Part shown: piece by piece, positions 36,338-49,185 of the stretch | Layout of the letters: every line of letters starts with the position of its first letter | Numbering within the stretch: the first letter of the stretch is position 1 | Source: Pavona decussata | Lineage: Eukaryota | Direction: 5' to 3' | DNA length: 64,000 nucleotides | Assembly (NCBI GenBank): GCA_977016875.1 | Contig: CDRNST010000233.1 | Location: 4,402,001 to 4,466,000 of the forward strand | Made by a program: the position numbers and the translations under genes | The notes under the pieces: model-generated | The model's input: only the letters and a program-made list of their open reading frames with translations | Told to the model about the DNA's origin: nothing | The model's database searches: none

Positions 36338-38169
36338 TTAAGCCTGGTTCACACTTGCGACATAATGACATAAGAAGGACGTTATGTCGTTATGTTAGCA
36401 GTGTGAACATGTAAACATCATGATATATTGGCAACATAACGACATCGACATAACGAGATAGGGAAAAAACTGATCTTTTTTTTATGTCGTTATGTCCATG
36501 TCTTTATGTTGCTGTCAAACAAGTGTGAATAACTTCGACATAACGACACCACAAACCACCAATCAGAGAGCAGCAAAAATTGTCGAACCCAGTTCGCCAC
36601 CAGCACTATTTTCGATAGGCGGCTACTGTGGAGTTGGAAGATATGACGGAGCAACCCTGGTGCGGCTTGTGTAGATGAAGAAGAACTTGCTGAAGCGGTT
36701 CAAACTTATCCAATATTGTATGATAAAAGAAGTGTAGATACTCTTCTAACTTCTTCCTGAAATACTGGACGCACCCACTCTTTTCTTCTAGCAATTTTTT
36801 TCCCTTTGTTGTCGTCGACGACGACACCTTCGTCCAGAAACAAATTAAATCATCTCAAAGGCAACAAGTGTTTGTTCCGCCACTTTTAAAGTATTCTTTT
36901 CACCTAACCTTATGTCTTTATGTCAGTGTTCACATTACCGACATAAGCGATTAAAGGGGGTAGCCTGCCCAGGTATGCGCTAGAAAGAGCGGGAAAGCGA
37001 GGCAGGCGCGAAACGAGAGGAGCGCGCTGTAGAGGGAAAAAGGGAAGCCCTCAATGTTCTTCTTCCCTCCCTCATTCTAGAGTCTGTCACACAGGCTAAA
37101 CCGCGGAGGAGAGAGCAGGATTTAATAGAAAGAAAAAAACTTGGACATCACAGTAAACTTGTAACTAATGTTACGTGCGTGACTTTTGCCGTAGTGACTT
37201 GGTGTAAATTTCTATTCCCATGAGACCTTGCGTGGGGGGTGGTACTAATTGCTTGACTTTCGTCTGGAAAGAGGAAATTACAATCCACGTAAGTTAGTTA
37301 AGTTTGCTTGTTATTTACGATGTAAGTTGTCATTCAAAGGTTTGTTTAGGAACAGCGAAGGCTGAAATCACTTTTTTGTGTCTTCTAGGTTTTCGTCACA
37401 GTGGATCGAAGCTCCCTTGACTTGAGATTGGTTACCGTATCTAACGGTAAGCTTATGTAGGATACTACGCCATTAATAATATATAGGGTATCGGAATTCC
37501 AGATGACATATATCGGCTGTTTTCTCCTTTATCTGCTGCATCAGAGAGTTTAACTGATAACACTGTGTTTGATTTAGCGTGCGGGCCCGTGAAAACATGA
37601 AGCTCGAGAAAGACTAGAATTGCTGTTCGGAAACTTTCGCTTTCGCCTCGCTCTCGCTTGCCTTGGCAGTAAAAGAATGCCTTGTAACTCATCTGTGTAA
37701 ATGCAACCACGGCTATGGCAAAATGTGTCACAATTCTATCATACATGATAACTTTATATTGTTGAAGTTTCAGGAAAAAATGAGCTCTAATTTGAAAATT
37801 CCTATCAATCAATCAATCACTTCCTGTTTAAATCATCCGCATAAAAATGTGCTTACATAAGCGTAACTACAAATTCTCTTTGATTTTTCAATTCGTAAAT
37901 TGTTCATGCACAATGAACGAGTTATCGGGTAGTCAAATCGATAAAAATTGATATCGGAAAATCATTTATCTATCGATAAATTGAAATTAAACGATATCGA
38001 CTTTATCGTCAATCGATAAAATTCGATACTCACACGCCGACGAAGTGTTAATGTTATTGATTGTATTGGATTCATCGATCGTTATTGAATCGATAAAAAT
38101 TATCCTGTTTCCGTTGAGGGAGTGTTTGATTGTGACTCTTTAAATTTTTTCTTAAAGTTTAGATTTTAA

Positions 38170-39990
38170 GGTGGTACTGGAGGCTAATTTTCGCATTTTT
38201 GTCACATATCTACATGAATCATATTTGTTGAAATACTTGTTCAATTTTTATCATATTTTCACATGTAAAATTTTTATGTATGTAGTTCCCTCAAAAAACA
38301 TTTTCAATATAAAAGAATGAAAGGAATTTGTGAAATTTGAGCTCTCAATGGGCGTGGTTGATATCTTCCCAATTCGTGTTTTCGAATGTAGCTTAAAGAG
38401 AATTCATTCCACTAATTTAAGCTTGGGCCATCTGACACATATCATTAAAATCTAAACTTTGGTAGGAGTACGTCACAGAAAAGTCAAATGGAAACGAATT
38501 ACCACTATAAATGTCATCAAGGCACCCTTACGAAATAGGCAATGAGGCTATGAGTGTCGCATTCGCAGCCATCTGACGTACTCGCACAAAAATTTTCCTT
38601 CACTAATGTAGTTTACGTCTGCCAAGTTTCTAGTCCATGCTATAAATCAATGAAGAGATATTGCACTGATCCAACTTCCACCTTTCTATCAACATGTATT
38701 TTTTTCTCAAAATTGCGCTGGAATCGTCAAAAAATCAGCTCGAAAGCTTTCGTCGGCTTGGATTCAATGGCAGCCATGTTTTTTTACGCCTGTAATAACA
38801 GTTTACAGCGGTGAATCATCAAAAACGGTCCTTTTTAGGCCCTTTCTTTCCTTTTACGGGGTGCTATTTTTCCCGCGAAACCAATCAGGAGAAGCGATGA
38901 TAAACAATGACACCTCTGCATAGCAACGGCACCCGCAACAGAACCCCAACGTTGAATCAAACAGGCAAACATGTGTGATCGAAGAAGCTGGTTTTTTAGA
39001 GGAAATATACGTTTAAAAAAAGGGAAAAGTATAAGTGATGCCGCCGAGAAAGCGGTTACACACTATGAAGGAGAAGTCCGAAAAGGCTAACAAAGCTTGT
39101 GGTTCAGGATCACAGTCGAGGATAGGGCTAGATTTTGATAAGTTGAGGGAAGCTGGCTGGAGAATCACGCATTTCTCTCCTGTTTTCTCCTGGCTTCGAG
39201 ATCGCCGTTAGACTGCGAGCAGTCTCTGTCTTCTCCTAATTTTTGGAGCGCGCATCTAGCGCACGATAGATCTAGCGAGCGGCGAAGCCGCATAATTTTA
39301 CCGTCACTTTTTGTGCGTGATATGAGGGGGGAAAGTACGGCTGCTTGCAGTCATAGATCGCCGTTCGTTGGATTACGCAAGGTGACCCGTATCCGTTCGG
39401 CGTTCCAGCAAACCTGAAAGAAAAATATTGGAATAGCGTGTGCTGTTGGGTAGTTGGCTAGGTGGTGAAAATAAGAAATAGCGTTTATTTGTAAAATTAT
39501 CGCGCCAAGAAGCGAATTGCGATATTACTACAAAAAATATTTTCATGTAATAGACTGCTGAGATGTTCAAATTACCGGTTTTGAGGAAATTTCCGGCGTC
39601 AAAAGCGTCCATGTTTCCATTTCTAAATTGTCACCACTGAGTTGATCGCGAAAGATGATGTCTTTAGCGAAGACAATAATTTTATTTCATCCATCTAGAG
39701 ATCCAGAACGGTCACATCTTTCACATAAAAGAGAGCACTATTGACAGATCTCTCAACATCATACTCTTTGGGGAATTGTACACAAAGACAACACAAGGAT
39801 TTTCGCAGTAGGCAGTCCGTGTTTTTTTCCGCGAAAGACCCCGTAGAAACCAAACTTCTCTCGCTTATTACTCGTGAACGCTTCAGTCTTGATCTCTGAA
39901 ATTTGGCGTACATGTCCCATTTTAAGTAATCTCCCTTATGTTTAAAAAAGGTCATGATCCAAAAGATCCGATTTAGCCTCCAGTACCACC
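38170..39990. mobile_element. Non-autonomous Kolobok-like element, 1.8 kb, with a nested 9-bp-TSD MITE at 39209-39355
   Basis: TTAA|GGTGGTACTGGAGGCTAA ... TTAGCCTCCAGTACCACC|TTAA (18-bp perfect TIR). Nested MITE is flanked by GATCGCCGT on both sides. Confidence 0.8.
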
Positions 39991-40867
39991 TTAAAGGCGG
40001 CAATGAAATGATTTGTTGACAAACACTGTACATGAGAGACCAAAGAGACTGCATTATGATTTTCTTCCTGATTTTATTGTTCGATTAAGGTATCTGCCCC
40101 AGCAAAATGGGCTCATTTTGAGAAACAAAATAAAATATTTCTGTTGGGGTTGTCTTATTTTAAATTGCTTGTGGTGTTTCTTTGTGCTAACAAGTACGCA
40201 GAAATGTAAAGATTATGCAGGTGCAGGCACCCCACAGGGTGTGGGGAGTTAATTATTAAACCGAAGGAAATTGCGAACTTTCTATGTTTCTCCACAGATA
40301 TTTAAGATAATGCCAGAAATAAAATAGAATTATTTTTATTTTATTATATTGCACTGATATAGTTTCGGGTCCCGTTTGAAATGACACATTTCCCATGAAA
40401 ATCCACGAACTTAAATTTGAACCCATACACTAAAAGTAAAATTTTTTTGGTGAATGCCAATCCACCCTCTGATCGGGCCTGAAACTACGATGGTCCGTCT
40501 ACTTGTAATGAATCTCTCTGCAGAATATTTTGGGCTCCGCTAGAGTATTTTGGAAGATATTTTATATTTACTGAACACAGTTGAAATCCGAGTACTCAAA
40601 ATGACTGAAAATGGGGTTGTCAATTTGAAAAAATGGCTTACTTTACATCATTTTGGTCGGTTTCCTTCTCCCTCTGTTGTTTCCGCCATATTGTTTTGTT
40701 TTCCCGCTGCTCAAAACAACTGCAGTCTCTTAAAAGTAAAAAAGGACTCTCTCTATCCCCCCTGGGGCCATGTTTGTTTATCCGTTGCTATGTAGCTCAA
40801 CTTCCGGTAAGCTGCCGCATGCGCATTGACGCACTTTTCTGTCACACCTACCCGAGATAATTCCAAA

Positions 40868-43800
40868 ATGGCTCCGCCGAAGAAGAAACGCAAAATTTCG
40901 TCCACTGAGAAAAAAAAGCTAGCGAAAGAGAGAAGGAAAAAAAGCGCATCGAAACAAGGAAAGGGTGTTGGAAGTAGGAAAAAATTTTCATTGCCAGCAA
41001 AGTGGCGAGAAGAGAAGCAAACACGGGGCGGTAAGACAAGGCTGCAGTTCTCAAGTCCTGGGAAGACGAAATACACCACTCAAAAGGCGGTGAAGGAGAG
41101 CCTTGAGGCGAGGGACATGGAAGAATGCCTCCATGAAAATGATCACAATTGTTTTAGTTCGGATGGAACGAAAAGTGAAGAGTCAGAATACAGGCCCAGT
41201 AGTGAAGACGAGCAGATGGACAAATTTGAAGTTCAAGCTGATAAAATGGGGGAAGAGATGGAACATAGGTTGTTTGTCTGCGAGTCAACGCAGCTTATGG
41301 AAATGGTGCAGCAAATCAACGAAACATCTAAATGTGGTACTGCCAATTGCAACGGTAAGATTAAATTATTTTGGCCTAGCTGTGCTTTATAACAGAATCT
41401 TTGACTTTCACAGGCAGTATGTGCTATTTGTGACAAATGTCGTATGTAAAAGGAACTTGGTATGCAGCGCATTTAGGACATGAAATTTCCTAAAGATATT
41501 CTCATATGCCATGAAATTGGTAATGATTTTTGTTTTGAAAGTGAGTGGATAATTTTGGGTTTCTTAGTTTGATTTTTTAACTGTATGCTCACTACAATCA
41601 ATCTATCTATTTACCTCTTGATAATATACTCCATCTGAATATTTCTTTTGTTTTGGAAACCTTGAAGCCTGTTCTAATTTGCATATTTCTCTCATTGCAG
41701 GCATTCTTGTGCTTGCTAAAGTTGAGGCAAATGGTCAGGGAGGAAGTTTAAATGCCACATTCACTTGCAACAGCTGCAGCTTACGTAAAGTGAACTTTCA
41801 AGGATCAGCCTTAGTTGAAGGCTCTAAAAGAACAGTTGTTGGTCTTGCCCTTGCTGTCGCCTTTTTTATTTCTGGGCATGGATTTGCTAAATTTGACAAA
41901 ACACTTAGGCAGTTCCTTGGAATTAGCTGCCTTTCAAAAAATCGCTATTATGATGTCATAAAACTGGTCTATCCTGCAATCACAGACGTCCTGGATGGAA
42001 TGTGTACTGAAGAGCAAGACCGTATGAAGGCGATTCTACCAGAAGAGATTGGCAGTTGGAAGAAAGCTGTGGTAACATCAGATGGTGTGTGGCATACCAG
42101 GGGTCATTTCAGTAAGAATGGTTCATTCATCATAAAGAACTGTCTTACTGGTGGTCTCCTCTGATATGGCCACAAATGTATGCGGGGGGGTGATGACATC
42201 ATTGAAGACGAGTTGTATGCAGGAACTGCTAAGTCTATGGAAGGCGTTTTAGCGGATGAGTGCTATCAGCAGGCTAAAGATGAAGGCTGTGTTATCAACA
42301 CCCTGTGGCAAGATGGTGATTCCAGCTCTGCCAAATCAGTCATGAAGCACCATCCTGCTGCAAAAGTTTATAAATGTGGGGGTCACGTAGGAAGGGCATT
42401 CTCGAACAGTCGGAAAGAAGCAGCTAAAAAGAAGGAGTTTTCTGCAGATATGAAACAGAAGTACAAAGAGAAGTTCCCACTGATCGAGACCGCAAAGTGC
42501 AAGTGTACTCGTCACAAGTCAGGCTGTGGATGTTTATCAGATGCCTTTATAAAAGGAGCCCGTATCAATCATTTCTGCGTCCTGCAGCAGTGCAAAGACT
42601 CAGAGCAGTACGCTAAGCGTATGAGGGAATTGTCGCAGTACCATGACTGCAGGGATATCCACGAGTGGGAAGGTGGCTCCTGTGACTTCCATAGCCAGCT
42701 GGTCTGCACCTGTGGCTCATGTGGTGAGGATGAGGATCTGAATTGTGAAGGAGCTCCATACAGGACCAAATGCCCACTATCCTGTGAGTTTCATTGGCTG
42801 TCCTTCAGAATAGAATGTGAGAAAAGAACAGAGGAGGCAGCGTCAGTTATCCATCCAGATTTGGGAAGAGGGCACTCCAACTTCTGTGAAGCCCACTTTA
42901 CAGTTCTCCCCCAGTTCAGGGCAAAGGATCAACGTCTGAACAGGTAACTTCTCAGACATCAGATTGTTTCATGCATTTTCTCCTAAAGCTAAAGTTCTCA
43001 ATGGAACAACTATCTATTTTGTTTGACATCAAGTAATAAAGGGTTATAAAGTAACTGGGATACATGCTTTCTGACTGGTCAAAAGCCCATTGTTTATTGT
43101 GCTGGTAAATTCAGAGAAAACTGCAAGAAAGAAAGCCGTGGACTTAAAATTATTATTTTATAAAAAGGCAATAGACCACATTCTCTATATGGTTTACCAG
43201 CATAAAAAGACACTTGGGAAGTTAGAGCACTCAAAGAGCTTGTAAATTACTCACCTCTGGTTTGTGATTTACAATCTTCTCACAGGTTCCCAACATCCCC
43301 CATGGGTTATCACACCAGTAAACCAAATGAAAATACAGTCTATCAGCCCCTTCTTTTCATGATCTGTTAAAAATAATTATTATTTTAATAATATTATTTT
43401 TAATAATTATTATAATTAAAATAATTGTTATTTTAAACAGGTCATGAAGAGAAGGGGCTGTCATGTTTAATTGTTTTTTTTTTCGATTTTGAAATATGCA
43501 AGCTTTACACATGGCTGGCTGTGCTATTTCTCAAGATATTATATTCATATTACACACTATATGCTTCTCAGAAGTTACCAGTTATGTGTGAAAGGGTGCT
43601 AGTAATAGTACACTAGCCATGTGTTTTCCCTATTTCTTTGCTTCAGAATGGCAGTGTGTGGCTCGTAGAAAATCATGGCCATGTTACCAAACAGTGGACT
43701 GTTTCCAAACAGAATGTTTTGCTCTGAAATGTCATTTGTACCTCCCCTGCTTAATAAAATTAGGTGTTTACTGGCTGAGACCAACATTACCATTCAAAAT

Positions 43801-44273
43801 GCATCTCCCTCTTCTCTTACAGGCTGCACTACATGTGTTCTACCAATGCTGGATTGTGCTAGGGAAACATGACATGGTGCTTTGATGTTCGAGGGCCAAA
43901 ATATCACTGGGTGATTGATCTCTACGATCGTCTCAACCTTCCTTTGTTGCCAGCTGTTGTGGAGGCTTTGGAGAAAGCTGTCAGAGAGAGGGCCATTCAA
44001 CTTCAGAATGAGAAGTCTGACAGAGCAAAGCAAGATAGAGTAAGAATGAAAGTGGCTAGGGCAGAAGATCAAGAGGCTCGCAAGAAGTGGCTGAAACGTC
44101 AGGCAATTGAGCACACATATGGCCATGACGAGGATGACGACATAGAGGAACAAGGTCCAAGCAGTGGTGATGACACCCCCGTCACTGTAGTAAGTGGAAG
44201 GAGTTGTCGCTGTGGATCAAAAGAACACTCAAGGACATCCCATAGGTCATGTCCCTTGAATAAGAGAAACTAG
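40868..44273 (+). pseudogene. Kolobok/Mutator-like-domain DDE transposase, 727 codons. Exons 40868-41354, 41701-42943, 43823-44273; two nonsense mutations
   Basis: Motifs TSDGVWHTRGHFSKNG, GTAKSMEG, QDGDSSS, CGGH, HSNFCEA and C-terminal CRCGSKEH..H..CP. Splice phases are compatible. In-frame TGA at 42162-42164 and TAG at 43860-43862. Confidence 0.85.
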
Positions 44274-44707
44274 TCTTGAAAATATCTGTAGTTCTTTTTT
44301 CATTAGTCTAGTTTCGAGTCATGCGAGATCATGAGAAAGAAATACTGAAGACAGTATGCTGCAGGAATGTATTTTTTGTGGACTAGTTTTGTGAAAGACA
44401 ATAATATTGCAAAGAAAGAATAACTTTGTTCATATATTCTTTAATGAATTTTATTTCAGTAAAATTGCATCATAATAGTGTACATCATTTTAATCCCTAT
44501 GATTGTTCTTGATTTTACAAACTTATAAATAAATACTACTCCGTCGATTTACTGCTTTATTACTGCTACCTATTGTTAAAATATGGTAGCATCATTTCAA
44601 GAATAATTTGTTTGTATGCTCTTTATTTTGCAATTTCATAAATAAATATTATGCCATGACTTTACTAGCTTGATGAAAAAAAGTGTCATGACAATTTTTT
44701 AAAAATT

Positions 44708-45084
44708 TTTTTAAAAATAAGTACTAGTGAGCAGCACACGGCAACAAATCTTGTTGACTTGTTTAATTATCCGACCGGTTTCGTGGGATAACTACAGACT
44801 TCGTCAGGGATTGAACAAGATAGTTTGGGGAACTTATTTTATACCTAACTTTTACAGTACAAATGACGTTCCACTAGGGTGTGAACAGCAAAAACACCCA
44901 CAGACATACGTGTAGGATGTTACAAAAATCCTGTCGCCAGGTGTGTAATGTATAATTTTGGGGCTCACGGATTAAATGTTAAATCCTGACGAAGTGTGTA
45001 GTTGTCACACGAAACCGGTCGGATAATAAAACAAGTTAACAAGATTCGTTGCTGTGTGCTGCTCACTAGTACTTATTTTTAAAA
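44708..45084. mobile_element. Penelope-like relic with ~110-bp inverted repeats, each with a hammerhead motif, inside the Kolobok element
   Basis: About 44708-44817 is the reverse complement of about 44977-45084. Both arms have CTGACGA...GAAACCGGTC cores. Confidence 0.65.
44983..45024 (+). ncRNA. Minimal hammerhead ribozyme motif (second copy on the minus strand, 44769-44811)
   Basis: AUC-CUGACGA-A-GUGUG-UAGUUGU-CACAC-GAAA-CCGG-UC-GGAU: canonical core, 5-bp stem II, palindromic ACCGGU stem III. Confidence 0.6.
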
Positions 45085-45537
45085 CAACATCAGATTTACA
45101 CCCCCAAGAAATCCCCAGTGTTGACTCTCACTGTGTAGGGTTTGTGATTGGCTGTTAGATGCATGTTACAAAGATTGGTTGAAATAGTTCAAGAGTTCAG
45201 GGTTTTCGTAGTTACACTGTAAAAAAAGACCACATTTTATCCAGTAAGGTCTAACAAACATCCCGCATGCAACAATAGGATTTGATAGAAGGTACTTTCA
45301 GAAATTTTTCATTGTAAGGACTTCACTCATGCCCATAGTAACAAGGATGACAGACAGTTATTGAAAATAAAATTTATTTGCTTGTCTGTATTGGTGTATA
45401 TTGAAAATATTTTTTATAAGACTGCTAATTTGTTTACTCTAAAATTATTGTACAGCTTTGAAAATAATTGATAACTTTGAAATGATAAGATCAGATAAAT
45501 TACACGATATGTATTATAATATTTTTCTTTGTGCATA

Positions 45538-45720
45538 CAGTGGAACCCCGATAAAACGAAGTGCCAAGGGACCAGGAAAATTAGTTTGTAATCATGGTGG
45601 ATATAAACATAACCTGTTCCATACATTTTACTATAACTTTGCAAGTTTGGGCTTTTGGATTGTGTTCATTATACCAAGGGACATTGTGACAAAGGGGTTG
45701 GTTATATTGGGGTTCCACTG
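45538..45720. mobile_element. Tc1/mariner-pogo-type MITE
   Basis: TA|CAGTGGAACCCC ... GGGGTTCCACTG|TA. Confidence 0.75.
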
Positions 45721-46187
45721 TACATAAATAAAAAATATACATTTCTTAATATGTAAATATATTTTATTTCGAAATCTTAAATTTTGAAAATAACTTTAAT
45801 CTTACCAATTGATTGTTGTAAATTGTACAAATAAAAAAATCCATTTTTTCAATATTTTTTCTTTGATGATCAGGTCCTACCTAAATTACAGTGAAATCCC
45901 ATTTTCTTAGACCATATAGAGAAGCAGAATGCAAGCAGTCTCTCTTTTCTCTTATGTTAGTAGAGGGAGCGCAAAATCTACGTCATCACGAGGAGCAAGG
46001 GCTACGCGCTGCTCGTAGATTTCGTGCTCCCTCTACTAATATAAGAGAAAAATAGAGACTGAAACAAATATAAATTTGAGAAATTGAGTGTTCTATATAT
46101 TGGGATACATTTCAATTACAGTAAAGCAATTTCCAAAAGAAGCAATTTTTGGTTAAAGAAATTGGGATATCACTGCAATGTAATTAT

Positions 46188-47381
46188 TTATTTGGTTCTT
46201 TTGTTTTTCTTTTCGGTCTTCTTTTGGCCACTTGGGCCACTTGGCTTGGGGGCAGGCCACTTTGCATCGGACAGATCCCCAATGGTGATGTGATATACCT
46301 GGAAATGGCATAAAATTAATACCATTTATTGTAAACGCTTACAATTACAAGGTATTCTAATTTATCCTCACTCCACTTTTCAGTAGTGCAGTCAAAACTT
46401 TACCTAGACATTTGGGTGGACTGGTGAAAAATAACTTTTTAAACAAGGTACAATCATATGGTCAAGTACGCACTGGATAACAAGGGTTTTGAATCACTTT
46501 TTACAAATATACAATACAAAAAGCTTATTAACTTACCCCATCATGGGTGGGGTCTGGCCTCTCAACCAGGCAGCCGGGGATGATTTCCCTCACCACTCTC
46601 TTCAGGGTGGGAGGGAAAACATAGGTTGGCTGACAGCCAACCTCCGCCCCAAGGGTACGCCCACTTCCAAACTGCAAGAGAAAACGAAACAATATTAATT
46701 GACTGGAGCGATTTTAGAATACTCAGCCACTTATTTACATATCTCTCAACGCTTTGTAGGACAAGACATAAAAAAACAAAAGGAACCATTGCAATTCAAT
46801 GACAAGCAAATACGTGGGCAGGTATTCTACAGTTCAGCTAAAAAAAAAAGGCTGTTGGTATTATATTGTTCAACAATAAAAGATGTGATCGGTCGATAAA
46901 ATGTCTAAAGAAGATAAAATGAAGAAAGCTTGTTGATTTCAAGCAAAGATCACACATGCATAAACGACACTAACAATGGCACCATTGTGTTATGCCTCGT
47001 GTTACAAAGCATTCCAACACATGTACAGTAAAAGAGGTGGGGCAAAGTGTGTTTTATAATCGCTCCTAATACAAGAAAGGCGAAATGACTGAGAAGAACT
47101 ACATGCTTGAGTTTCCACTTACCCACAACTTGGCCCACAAATTCCGGTAGAGCCGTGCTCGGCCCGTGTCCGGAGTTTCACTTGGTTTCAGAGTGAACCT
47201 TTCCAAAAGGTTCACGAGTCCCTCAGGAACTCTAAATCTGCGTAAAATGCAGGATTTACCGGTCAAAATACTGCAAATAATTAATAAATGCAAGGAAATT
47301 TCATCTAACTTACCCATTCTGTGTAAATTCGGCTTTAAAAGCCTCAAAAGCCAGCTCCCTGTTTGCCGCGACAGCCGCCAT
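46188..47381 (-). CDS. Intact 142-aa accessory protein of the Kolobok element (putative divergent KolX). Exons 47381-47314, 47237-47123, 46671-46537, 46298-46188
   Basis: Three GTAAGT donors with polypyrimidine-CAG acceptors splice into one open frame: MAAVAANRELAFEAFKAEFTQNGFRVPEG...RARLYRNLWAKLWFGSGRTLG...FPPTLKRVVREIIPG...KKNKRTK*. Convergent to the transposase. Confidence 0.75.
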
Positions 47382-48075
47382 TTTGATGTTTGCATGGAAC
47401 AGGACTGATCGGAGTGGAAAACTGCTGCTTAGAATTTCGCATGCTCAATTTTTTCCTAGTAACCGACCCAGACCCTTCCTCGATCGATGGAGTCCATTTC
47501 CGGTAAAAATGCGAAACTTTGACAAGGCGTAGAATTTTATACTTGCCATGTACTGGAATAAAACCACATTTTTTTAATATTAGGTGGTATAAGCTACACA
47601 CAGGCCGAAAATGGCTTGATTCTGAAATACAAAAATTACCCAGGGCAGATACCTTAAGCGGGTTCAATCACAAATGTAAAATATTTTTCCTTTTCTGGCT
47701 TCTTGGCTTTAAGGTTGTCGTTAAATTTTCTCTTTTTCCTTTGTTCTGTTGGTTTAGAAACCACGTTTTAACCTAAGAAATATGGGAAACAAGAAGTGAT
47801 CAATATCAGAAATGATTCAAAAGTATTTGCATGACTGGCCTCCTAGAGCCCGTCACGTGATTAGCCTCCTACGCAGACGTTCATAGGGCTAATCCCATGA
47901 TGGGCCCTGCGAATGTCTGCGTAGGAGGCTGTCACGCAATCAGATCATATCCGCCTGCGTAGAAGGCTATTGCATATTTATAATTCGATAGTAGAGTTAT
48001 CGATAAAATTATCATCAGTAATATTATATTTTGATAAAATAAACTAACTACACCTTTTTTAAGGAAAGGATTATA

Positions 48076-49185
48076 GAGGGTCCCCAATAGGGTTCTTCAA
48101 TCCCGCCATTCCGGAAAAAATTTTCCCTCAATCCCGTAATCCCGACCGCTGTTTTAGCCCAATCCCGATCCCGGTCAGCTCATAATTTTTTTCACACCCC
48201 TAATCTCGACGAAAAAAGGCATTTTCAGTTGGATGTAATTCCCACTGCTAATCTGATCTTTGTACTGGTCTTTGGTCACGCGAGAAATATTAGTTGTAAC
48301 ATTATTTCTTCTATTTCTTTCCATCATAACGACGATATCGTTCATTTAAGACGTTTTTAAAGTTTCTCGCGAGTCACGTCAGTCAATAAGTCGTTTGCAA
48401 TTCCTTTTTAGAGCTTGTTCTTTTTCTTTGTTTTTTTTTTTTTCTTCCTTTTTTCTCACAACTGAATGGTGAGGGCGTCCTTTCCTATCACGTTGATTCT
48501 TGGAAAACTTTGCTGTCATCAAACTCTGAAGAGCATTGCTACTCACCTACCACAACGTGAGACCGCAACAAATATTTGAAAAGGGGATAGGCCAAACACA
48601 ACTCCCGCTGGCTGCTTAATGTACCTTTTAAGTGCTTTCCTGAGTACGTCTCTGAGAGATTTTTGTTTTCGATCAAAATGTGGTGAGGTCTCTCTGTTGA
48701 CCTTTTGATTTTGATCATGAAGGAAATTACTCAAATTTACCGAATGGAGGTTTTCTTAGGTCCTTATCATTCGGAGCCGTTTGAATTAGTTCCTTTATGC
48801 CGTTGTGTACTGTGGCAATTGTTTAGGCAATTGTTGTGTACTGTTGCGTTCTGTGGCAAGTGTTTAAGCTTATCGGTTCAAGTTAAATGCAAGGTCTCAG
48901 GGAACACAAATAAATTTTATCTGTAAAGAAACAGTACCTGCAATTTTATTATCTTGTACAGGACGGTGACAAGTAGATTTTCATTTTCCATTTTCGACAA
49001 CGGACTTCCCGGATCTCGTTTTTTTATAGTAACATTTCCCGCATTCCGCTTCGTAAAATCGTAAAATCTCTGGTCCCATCCATAATTCTAATCCCGAATA
49101 TCGTCGCTCTTTTCCGCTTAAATCCCGAATCCCGTCCTTTAAAAAAGCCAAATCCCGCATCCCGAAAAACCTACTGGGGACCCTC
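48076..49185. mobile_element. Non-autonomous TIR element with GAG..CTC termini and ATCCCG subterminal repeats
   Basis: GAGGGTCCCCAATAGG ... CCTACTGGGGACCCTC; ATTATA present on both flanks. Confidence 0.65.

Larger units (their letters stand above)
40089..47653 (+). mobile_element. Kolobok-like DNA transposon, 7.6 kb, with two convergent genes
   Basis: TTAA|GGTATCTGCCC ... GGGCAGATACC|TTAA. Encloses a DDE transposase (+) and an accessory gene (-). Confidence 0.85.
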
